Assembly (NCBI GenBank): GCA_003345545.1
Contig: PRDH01000026.1
Coordinates: forward strand, 86,944 to 150,943
Length of the DNA stretch: 64,000 nt
Direction: 5' to 3'
DNA from: Candidatus Thorarchaeota archaeon
GTDB taxonomy: Archaea > Asgardarchaeota > Thorarchaeia > Thorarchaeales > Thorarchaeaceae
Shown here: positions 56,314-64,000 of the stretch, piece after piece
Layout of the letters: each line of letters opens with the position of its first letter
Position numbering within the stretch: the stretch's first letter is position 1
Position numbers and translations under genes: made by a program
Notes under the pieces: generated by a model
The model's input: only the letters and a program-made list of their open reading frames with translations
Told to the model about the DNA's origin: nothing
Databases searched by the model: none

Positions 56314-57785
56314 TTGAGGAGAGCACTCCTTCAATGGAGCAGACAGCATTACTCACATTCGTTGACCGTCTTATGATGAGATTGAAATCGAAGAGCCTTC
56401 ATCGCAATATCCTCCATACATTCGCATCTATTGTTCTTGCCTTGGGTACAGCTGCAATTATCATGCTTGCGACAGGATACGACCCACTCCAAGCATTCTC
56501 AGCTCTTTTCCTAGGAGCAATCCTGAATTTTGACCAGGTACTGTGGAGAGCAACTCCACTCCTCCTTGCAGGACTCTCAGTTGCTCTCGCCTTCAAGTGC
56601 GGGCTCTTCAATATAGGAGCTGAAGGCCAGTTGTATATGGGCTCTCTCGCCGCAACTGCGGTTGGATATATGATAGCCCTTCCTATCGTGGTCCACCAAT
56701 TGGCTTGTCTCGTGGTTGGTGTTGGAGTTGGTTTCCTCTATGCCTTGCTTCCAGGCGTACTCAGAGCATATAGGGGTGCCCATGAAGTCGTCACGACGAT
56801 GATGCTGAGCTATGCCGCTGTGTTCTTCACCCAATGGATGGTTTCACAGGGTCCAATGCACAATCCTGGCGATTGGAGAAGCATTTCTCCAATCATTTTC
56901 GATTCTGCTCAGATTCCCAAGATTCTCGGAAGTGCGTTCTTGAATTGGGGATTCATAATCGCCGTGCTATTCGTCGTGGTTGTTGATTTCTTCATCAATA
57001 AGACGGTCATGGGCTACGAAATGAGAGCTGTCGGGTCTAATGAAGACGCAGCAAGGACTGCAGGAATCGATGCCAAACGAAACATGGCAATCGCTCTAGG
57101 ATTGAGTGGGGCATTGGCAGGTCTTGCTGGTGCGGTCGAGGTCCAAGGCTACTATCATAGATTCTACGATCAGTGGTCAGGTGGTCTGGGATTCGATGGC
57201 ATTACAGTGGCAGTCCTCGGCAGAAACAACCCTTGGGGGGTTCTAGGGGGTGCTATATTCTTCGGCGCTCTCAAAGCAGGAGGCCTGTTCATGCAGACGA
57301 GTGCAGAGGTGCCAAGCGAGATGGTACAGGTTATTCAGGGCCTCGTTGTGTTGTTTGTTGCTGCCCCTCGCCTGATAGACTGGTTCTCGAATCATGGAGT
57401 CGCCTACGCAAGATGGATAAAGGATAGGCCACTATTCGGCTTTCTGAGTCTCATTGCTCTTTCATACGGGGTTTTTGGAGCCTTCATGGGAATACTAGTA
57501 GCAGGCCCATATGTATCATCGAACTTCTCCCTACTTCTTCTTGGTTTTGTGACCAGCATTGGAGGCCTTGTGGTAGCCATATTCCATTTCCAAAGAGATG
57601 AACGGCGAACACGAGCGACTTGGATGGTAGCTCTTCTGTGGGCTCTGATGCTCGTTTCGGGTTTATCCATGGCAGCAGCTTCTGTGGTTTCGGTTGCTCT
57701 CACACTGGCAGGAGTTGGGTTCGTCATTTCCATTCTTCTGATGAGATTGCAGCCGAAAAGTGATGAACTAAAGGAGGCAGCATGA
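56310..57785 (+). CDS. Nucleoside ABC permease 1 with about 4 extra C-terminal TM helices
   Basis: GLFNIGAEGQ, HEVVTTMML and GFDGITVAVLGRNNP; ATGA overlap with the ATPase gene. Confidence 0.88.
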   Translation: MIEESTPSMEQTALLTFVDRLMMRLKSKSLHRNILHTFASIVLALGTAAIIMLATGYDPLQAFSALFLGAILNFDQVLWRATPLLLAGLSVALAFKCGLFNIGAEGQLYMGSLAATAVGYMIALPIVVHQLACLVVGVGVGFLYALLPGVLRAYRGAHEVVTTMMLSYAAVFFTQWMVSQGPMHNPGDWRSISPIIFDSAQIPKILGSAFLNWGFIIAVLFVVVVDFFINKTVMGYEMRAVGSNEDAARTAGIDAKRNMAIALGLSGALAGLAGAVEVQGYYHRFYDQWSGGLGFDGITVAVLGRNNPWGVLGGAIFFGALKAGGLFMQTSAEVPSEMVQVIQGLVVLFVAAPRLIDWFSNHGVAYARWIKDRPLFGFLSLIALSYGVFGAFMGILVAGPYVSSNFSLLLLGFVTSIGGLVVAIFHFQRDERRTRATWMVALLWALMLVSGLSMAAASVVSVALTLAGVGFVISILLMRLQPKSDELKEAA

Positions 57786-58738
57786 TGCTTCAAGTCGATC
57801 CATTCTCACCTATCATGATTGCTCTGTTGATTGAGACAACTCTCCAGATGGCGACTCCACTGGTTCTGACTGCATTAGGCGGCATGTTCAGTGAGAGATC
57901 AGGTATTGTGAACATCGGTCTTGAGGGAATGATGCTCATTGGAGCATTTGGGGCGGTAGCGGCCACATTCTTCTCAAACAATCCATGGATCGGTATTGTT
58001 GTAGCTGTGATAGCAGGGGGGCTACTCGCTGCCATCCATGCTGTAATAACTGTGAAGCTCAAGGGAAATCACATTGTTAGTGGAACCGGAGTGATTCTTT
58101 TCGCGACAGGGTTCACGACCTTGATGCTGTACGTGATCTGGGGAGCTCGTGGCATATCAGAAGAAGTCACAAGAGTACCCCAAATCATAATTCCGGGAAT
58201 TGAAGGAATTCCAATCATAGGTGAGGTGTTTGGCTCTCTGTCCCCAATGATCTATATGATGTTCTTTGCGGTCTTAATCAGCTGGCTGATTCTGTACAAG
58301 ACGCCCTTTGGCCTGAGACTCAGAGCAGCTGGCGAAGACCCAAGCACGCTAGATGCTGCTGGCGTAAACGTGGAAACGATTCGATTCGTCGCAGTCATCA
58401 TAAGTGGTTGCCTTGCAGGACTCGGAGGAGCTTACCTCTCAATTGGATTTGGATCAAGGTTCGGGAAACTTATGACCTCAGGTCGAGGTTTCATAGCACT
58501 CGCCGCATTGATATTTGGTGGTTGGAGACCCATAGGATGCTTCTTGGCAGGCATGTTTTTCGGATTTCTTGATGCTCTTCAATCCTTCATATCTTTGGTA
58601 GTGCCAGAACTACTGCCTTACAACAATTTCATTCAGATGATACCGTACATACTCGTTGTGATTGCTCTCGCAGGAATCGGTCGGGCAAGACCACCAAAGG
58701 CAGTTGGTACTAATTACGAAAAGGAAAGGCCAGCATAG
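57782..58738 (+). CDS. Nucleoside ABC permease 2
   Basis: SERSGIVNIGLEGMM, GLRLRAAGE, GRGFIALAALIFG and MIPY. Confidence 0.9.
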   Translation: MMLQVDPFSPIMIALLIETTLQMATPLVLTALGGMFSERSGIVNIGLEGMMLIGAFGAVAATFFSNNPWIGIVVAVIAGGLLAAIHAVITVKLKGNHIVSGTGVILFATGFTTLMLYVIWGARGISEEVTRVPQIIIPGIEGIPIIGEVFGSLSPMIYMMFFAVLISWLILYKTPFGLRLRAAGEDPSTLDAAGVNVETIRFVAVIISGCLAGLGGAYLSIGFGSRFGKLMTSGRGFIALAALIFGGWRPIGCFLAGMFFGFLDALQSFISLVVPELLPYNNFIQMIPYILVVIALAGIGRARPPKAVGTNYEKERPA

Positions 58739-58786
58739 CGCACTACTATTCAGTCGCCCAGATGGAAAAGGAGAATAACATGTCAT

Positions 58787-59557
58787 TTGATGGCTGTTGG
58801 CAGGGGAAAACAGGTGAAGAGAGGGAATCGTAGATACCTCATCAGCTTCGAACTAATAGCACTTGTTGGTGTCTTTGTGTGCGCTCCCCTGGAGGCTTCT
58901 GCGGCTCTAGTTTGGAGCGAAACCTTTGATGAGCTTGATAGTGAAGTATGGACCACACTACTATCCTGCAAACTCGAGGATGGTGCCTTAAGAGGTTTTT
59001 ACGGAGATCACATTTCCGCAGTCAGGGCGTATCATCCTAGTAATATCAGTGTAGGCACTTGGAAATTCGACCTGACGGAGTTCGACGAATTCAATGGGGA
59101 GCTAGACGACTGCAAGGTCTACTTCATCAGTCCTGGGTTGCCAACTTCATCAGAGTACTATGCATTCAGCCTCACACATGCGGCAAGCGCAGAGGGCATG
59201 GCGTATTCATTCTCACTTGAGAAGTACACATATGATGCCCCACACGTCGCGCTTGATACATGCGTTGGTGAAACGAGACCAGAGATGTATGGAGTTCTCC
59301 ATCATTTTGCAATCACGAGAACAAGTGATGGACACATGTCGGTCTACATGAATTCAACGCTGATCCTGGATGCCATTGACACAGACCTTAATTCAACAGA
59401 GTACTTCGGATTTTATACCTGGGATGATTGGGCCTTCGATAATGTGGCGGTCTATGGAACCATCGAGATGGGTGGGGATTATACACCGATGCTCATTGGA
59501 GTTGCCTCAGTAGCTGCTGTTGCTATCATTGCACTTGTGTTCTGGCGCAGAAAGTAG
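58787..59557 (+). CDS. Surface protein with ConA/LamG-like beta-sandwich and C-terminal TM anchor
   Basis: Signal peptide, WSETFD, HHFAITRTSDG.MSVYMN, FDNVAV and C-terminal TM+WRRK. Confidence 0.65.
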   Translation: MMAVGRGKQVKRGNRRYLISFELIALVGVFVCAPLEASAALVWSETFDELDSEVWTTLLSCKLEDGALRGFYGDHISAVRAYHPSNISVGTWKFDLTEFDEFNGELDDCKVYFISPGLPTSSEYYAFSLTHAASAEGMAYSFSLEKYTYDAPHVALDTCVGETRPEMYGVLHHFAITRTSDGHMSVYMNSTLILDAIDTDLNSTEYFGFYTWDDWAFDNVAVYGTIEMGGDYTPMLIGVASVAAVAIIALVFWRRK

Positions 59558-59620
59558 GAGGAGAACAGGAGTCTACTGATAGAAAGCCTGATAATAGTGT
59601 GACCTGTTAATGAGAGAATC

Positions 59621-60067
59621 ATGAACGATGCTGCAGCGGCACGGGCGAGGAAACTCTTCTCAGGGAGTCACAATTGTGCGCAGTCTGTCATGAAGGCTGT
59701 CCTCACTGAGATGAATCTCGACTTCAAACAGATCGTACCTCTAGCCGCAGGGCTCGGAGGAGGTATGGCTCATGAAGGAAGTGTCTGCGGAGCAGTTTCA
59801 GGGGCGATTGCGGCCCTTGGAGTCGTCAACAGCAGGAAGATTCAGGACATCCAAGCCCATAAGAGCGCGACCTACAGCTCAGCAGAGGAATTCATTCGGC
59901 AGTTCAAGCAGGAACATGGTAGTATTCTCTGCAACTGTCTGACGGGAATTGACATCTCGGATGCCAAGGCTAGAAAAGCTGCAATTGCGGATGGCACGTT
60001 TGCTAGACTCTGTCCTTCCTATGTCGAGAGCGCAGTCAGAATAGCGCTTGATATTGTGGTAGACTGA
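59621..60067 (+). CDS. C-GCAxxG-C-C family putative redox protein
   Basis: NCAQSV, GLGGG, VCGAVSGA, GSILC and C..YV. Confidence 0.85.
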   Translation: MNDAAAARARKLFSGSHNCAQSVMKAVLTEMNLDFKQIVPLAAGLGGGMAHEGSVCGAVSGAIAALGVVNSRKIQDIQAHKSATYSSAEEFIRQFKQEHGSILCNCLTGIDISDAKARKAAIADGTFARLCPSYVESAVRIALDIVVD

Positions 60068-60251
60068 ATGTGTTTCCGACTGCCTGCCAGTAATTCAAGA
60101 GGCATGCCGTCTTCGGCGAGTGCTCGAAGAAAGCGCATCCGCATCTTTCGCAAGATGGTTGGCTTGTCAACCTGGTGGATAGTACATCTCAGATGCACAG
60201 AGGATGAAAAAGAACAATGGAGGAGATGGCTTTCTCCTCCTGATATGAGCT

Positions 60252-61658
60252 CTAGACAGAAGGTATGTCATCTTCTAGGAACACGTGAGCTTCGCCTTTT
60301 ACAGGTTGTCGGACCTTCAATAATAGCAGTATGGCCACGATAAAGAATAGCAGTACCGATAGCATCGAGGTCAGGTGTGCGCTTATGACATTGGCCGGGT
60401 TTTGCGTCGGGTTCGCTAGCAGGAGGATTGTACCATAGACAAATGGTCCCAGAATTGCCGCAAACTTGCCGCTAAGAGCGTAGAAGCCGAACATCTCGGA
60501 TTTCTTCTCTTCAGGAATGAACTGGCCATACATACTCCTAGCAGTGCTCTGGGATGATCCCATACCAACTCCAGCGATCATTCCGACTGTCCACCAGACG
60601 AGTGCTCCCCAAGCTACAAAGAAGTAGGCGACAAGCAGAGCAATCACCCAAATGAATAGAGATATGATCAGGGTTCTCTTGGTTCCGATTTTGTCCGCAA
60701 CATATCCGAAAGCAAATGCACCCGGAATGGCTGCGAATTGCGTGACTGCAAAGAAGACTAGAGTCATCGTAGTACTGAATTGGTAAACTGCAACCCCGAA
60801 AATTGCTGCATAGTAGATTACGGTCGTTATTGCATCACTAAAGAGGAAATAGGCCAAGAGGAAGAGAGGTAGTCCGCGATATTTGCGAATATTCTTGAGC
60901 GTGTTCCGGACTCTCCTATAACCCAAGACAGCCAGAGATTGCCCTTCTTCGCCTGGGAACTTCCTCGGCGGTCTGTTCTTCAATGCCCAGATACTTGGGA
61001 CTCCGAAAATCAAGAAGAAGATTGCACTAAAGAAGAATGCATAGGTGTATGGCCAATCCACTAGAATCGTGATGAGGGCGATGACAATTGTTGCCAAGGC
61101 TCCAACATATCCAGCTGCATATCCGTAGCCGCCTATTCGTCCAATATTCTCCTCCGTACTTATCTCCGGAAGCCAGGCGTCGTAGAATGGAAGCGCACCC
61201 TAGAAGCCAACATTCGCAATGATGAAAATAATCCAAGCCCAAACCCAAACGTCAAGACCCAGAATCGGCGGAAAACTGAAGGGAGACAACTCAGGTCTTG
61301 GAACAGGAATTTGCGATTGACGGATGCCAGGCAGAAATATCATGAATGCGGTGAATGCAATGCAGACTGATGAATAGAACATTACGAACTTCTTTTTGGT
61401 TCCGCCATAATCTGCAATTGCACCAAGAATCGGTGCTGTCAAAGCAACTATCAACATGGTGATACTACCAGCATAGCCCCACATAGCACCACCAAGTGTT
61501 TCGTTCCAGACTAGGTACCCAAAGTATATCGGAAACAGAGCAGTCACAATAAGAACAGTGAAACTTGTATTTGCAAAATCATAGAGATACCAAGCCATAC
61601 GTTCCTTTCGATCTGTCGGGACAACATCGATTGCTGTTTTTTCCGTCAAATTCTCCAT
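60252..61658 (-). pseudogene. UMF1/BtlA (ATG22-like) MFS transporter interrupted by one in-frame TAG (nonsense mutation or recoding)
   Basis: The two track ORFs share one frame (1407 nt, 469 codons). The only internal stop is TAG at codon 153 (61200-61202) in ANVGF*GALPFYDAWLPEI. AWYLYDFANTSF, QSTARS and GKFAAILGP are intact. Confidence 0.8.
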
Positions 61659-61819
61659 TGCTCCTTCAAGAGAAAGATAGCATGTGACTGAATTATCCTC
61701 TATATAATGGCTCGGTAAGTTGCTCTTCTGGCAGATGATAGTACTTCATGGGTAAAGGATAAGAGGTGCGATACGAAATCAGGCAATGAATCAAAAGCAG
61801 AAATCATATGTGAACGAGT

Positions 61820-62230
61820 ATGAACGAGAAGGAACTCCAAGATTTTTGTAGAGATTGGCTGGCAGCATGGACAGGGAATAACCCCGATGCGTTATTGGAA
61901 TTCTACCACAAGAACGCCATGTATTCAGACCCGGCTCATAGAAAAGGACTCAAAGGCCATGAAGAGATTCGAAGATACTTCGTCAAGCTTCTTGATTTCT
62001 ACCGGGAATGGAAATGGGAACCAATTGAGATCTTCCCAATCAAGACAGGTGCTATTGTCAAATGGAAAAACAGCATTCCGACAGGAACTGAAGTAATTCA
62101 CGAAACAGGTCTCGACATAGTGGAAATCGAAGAAAGGAAGATAGTCCGAAATGAGGTCTACTTCGATAGATCACGGCTCCTGGCAGCAGTTGAGAAGAGA
62201 CGCCGGGACCAGCGACTAATCGATCTCTAG
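61820..62230 (+). CDS. SnoaL/NTF2-like protein
   Basis: WLAAW, YSDP, GHEEIRRYF and GLDIVE...KIVRNEVYFD. Confidence 0.82.
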   Translation: MNEKELQDFCRDWLAAWTGNNPDALLEFYHKNAMYSDPAHRKGLKGHEEIRRYFVKLLDFYREWKWEPIEIFPIKTGAIVKWKNSIPTGTEVIHETGLDIVEIEERKIVRNEVYFDRSRLLAAVEKRRRDQRLIDL

Positions 62231-62964
62231 ATAGTGCTCTCTATCCAATTCCTTATCGCGGAATTGATTTTCAATGGTTGTTCGAGCATTACCATATGCC
62301 CAGCAGATTTGATGGTCCGAAGCTTCGAATTCTTGATTCTCCCGTGAAGATAGTTTGAAAACTTGAGAGGAGTCATCACATCATCATTCCCGACGATGAT
62401 GAGTGTAGGAATCATGATCTCTGAAACGCGATCCATGATGTCGAAGTGATCGCATAGTTCGAAATCCCTACGAATGATGTGTTTCGGGCATTTCCGCGCT
62501 TCCTGTTGTGACGATTCGATCAGTTCCTTTGTTGCGCTCTGATGAAACATGAAATCGCCCAAGGCCTCAATATAGCCTTCAAAATTAGTATCTAGTAATT
62601 CAAAGACCACTGGACTCACTTTCAGACGAGCTCCAGTCCCAACCAGTATGATTCCACTCAACTTCTCAGGGTGTCGGAGAGCATAGAGTTGTGTGAGAGC
62701 ACCGCCCATGGAATGTCCGCCCAGGATGGGAGTGTGAAACATTGATACTACTTGGTCAATGTCACCAAGATAAGAGTCTGCAACGGCACTGTTGTCTTTG
62801 TCTTGAGATCTTCCATGGCCATTGAGTTCAAGGGCGACGACATGACAATGCCTAGACAACCCTCCGAGCTGCAGAGTCCATGTTGCAGCAGAGGCCCCCG
62901 CGCCGTGAACCAGAATGACAGTGGGCTCTTTCTCTTTGCCAGCTTCTTCCCAGTATAGTGACAT
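62227..62964 (-). CDS. Alpha/beta hydrolase
   Basis: VHGAG, GHG.S, GHSMGG, G.DD.MTP and AGHM; start placed at ATG 62964. Confidence 0.9.
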   Translation of the reverse strand: MSLYWEEAGKEKEPTVILVHGAGASAATWTLQLGGLSRHCHVVALELNGHGRSQDKDNSAVADSYLGDIDQVVSMFHTPILGGHSMGGALTQLYALRHPEKLSGIILVGTGARLKVSPVVFELLDTNFEGYIEALGDFMFHQSATKELIESSQQEARKCPKHIIRRDFELCDHFDIMDRVSEIMIPTLIIVGNDDVMTPLKFSNYLHGRIKNSKLRTIKSAGHMVMLEQPLKINSAIRNWIESTI

Positions 62965-63105
62965 GGCAGTTCCTCGACATGCGAGAATAAAGCCTTTCTG
63001 AGAATCAGAGCATTCATATCCTAATACATAGCGATGTAATGAGGAAACCACGAAGTAACAACGAGTGGGTATCTTTAAAACGACACCAGTTGGCGATGGC
63101 AGTCC

Positions 63106-63552
63106 TTGATGAAGATTCACAATAGGAACGCATTCATACTCTGCCTTGTTGGCGGAGTCCTGCTCTTCGCGTCCGGGGCCAGTGGCGTAATCGGTCTTAT
63201 CGATGAACTTGCAGAGGCCCTTCGCGAGATTCTAGAGTTTTCCCTGGTTCTGACACTTGAGAATATTATGGCAGGGCTTGCGTCGATCACCATCATATCA
63301 GGAGTCGTTGTCATCGTAGGTGGAGTGATGCTAACGACCTCCGAGGTAAGAGCTGGTAGGATAATTGTCAACTTGGCAATTGCAGTGGGTATCATCGGTC
63401 TTCTGATGATACTTGTTCAGAGTGTTATGACCGGAACACTATCGATGGATATGACAATGCAGCTCCAGCAATCTTTTGGTTGGGTTGGGGCAATCCTTGC
63501 TTTTGTGGCCCGGATAATCGCTGAACAGAAGCCCTTGATGGATGCGAAATAG
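63106..63552 (+). CDS. Hypothetical 4-TM membrane protein
   Basis: Four hydrophobic helices. Confidence 0.65.
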   Translation: MMKIHNRNAFILCLVGGVLLFASGASGVIGLIDELAEALREILEFSLVLTLENIMAGLASITIISGVVVIVGGVMLTTSEVRAGRIIVNLAIAVGIIGLLMILVQSVMTGTLSMDMTMQLQQSFGWVGAILAFVARIIAEQKPLMDAK

Positions 63553-63564
63553 TAAGCTTCTGAA

Positions 63565-63984
63565 TTAGATGTCAAAGATTGACACTGAAGTCTCAAGACT
63601 CTTTGCAGCTTGCACACACTCCCGAAGAATCCCTTGCTTGTCTGCATCCATTGGTGCAAAAACAGAAACAAACCAGACTCCCTTTCCTGTACCACAAATG
63701 AGACTTACTGCTCCATCGGGATTGATTGCCACGAAACCTTGATTCGTCGTCAAAGCTGTGACAAAGGAAATTCCCTTCAACATGAACTGCTGAAACTGGC
63801 CATTCCAGGATTGGATGATCGTACCAATCTCACCACTGATGTTCATATTATCACTTGCATATGCCACCCGACCTTCGTAGGTGAAGACACTGAAGCCAAT
63901 TATCTCGGTGTAGTTTGCCATTGCTATGTCAATCGTACGCTTTACACGCATGACCATCGTAGAATCGGTACAAAATGTCAGCAA
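63565..63984 (-). CDS. Asgard profilin-like protein (start uncertain; frame open to the window edge)
   Basis: GFSVFTYEGRVAYASDNMNIS, FMLKGISF, FVAINPDG..SLIC and a C-terminal helix match the layout of Asgard profilins as I recall them. Confidence 0.7.
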   Translation of the reverse strand: MLTFCTDSTMVMRVKRTIDIAMANYTEIIGFSVFTYEGRVAYASDNMNISGEIGTIIQSWNGQFQQFMLKGISFVTALTTNQGFVAINPDGAVSLICGTGKGVWFVSVFAPMDADKQGILRECVQAAKSLETSVSIFDI

Positions 63985-64000
63985 TCGTTGAAATAGGTTT

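Noticed and set aside
1-64000. Genome-wide TAG reassignment (all-Pyl or Gln code)
   Set aside because: TAG ends many complete genes. The tbp1 TAG is homologous to the tbp2 TGA, and convergent genes share overlapping CTAG stops at 51541-44 and 62227-30.
1-64000. CRISPR arrays, IS elements, integrases or prophage genes
   Set aside because: No regularly spaced nucleotide repeats or transposase/integrase motifs seen. The repeats present are protein-level LRR and HEAT units.

Overview
This is a gene-dense archaeal chromosomal segment with about 65 CDS. I found no rRNA, canonical tRNA, CRISPR array or transposase. Archaeal TBPs, IorAB, a PDO, DUF22 and GGAGGTG ribosome-binding sites occur together with eukaryotic-signature proteins: profilin, a Rab-like small GTPase, an arrestin-fold protein, 24-aa LRR and HEAT solenoids, and a PPP phosphatase. 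This points to an Asgard archaeon, probably Thorarchaeia (inference). Metabolic content covers peptide and amino-acid fermentation (M32, M3B, two isoaspartyl peptidases, IorAB), a thiol-redox/ferritin cluster, DsrEFH, a LIV-type ABC + acyl-CoA ligase + 4-hydroxybutyryl-CoA dehydratase-like region, and a BMP nucleoside ABC transporter. The most unusual observations are: (1) a nucleoside ABC ATPase with a ~90-aa transmembrane hairpin inserted inside NBD1, an apparent ATC start, and a partner permease with 4 extra TM helices; (2) a MacB/LolD-type ATPase ending in a segment resembling the ESCRT-I TSG101/Vps23 steadiness box; (3) tandem TBP paralogs, one apparently initiating at ATT; (4) an otherwise intact MFS gene interrupted by one in-frame TAG; (5) two unannotated structured-RNA candidates, one with tRNA-like ends and one enclosing a 48-aa His/Arg/Ser microprotein; (6) a Rab-like GTPase coupled to an unknown Cys-rich protein, near WGR and arrestin genes. 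All family assignments come from motif recognition by eye; no database searches were run.
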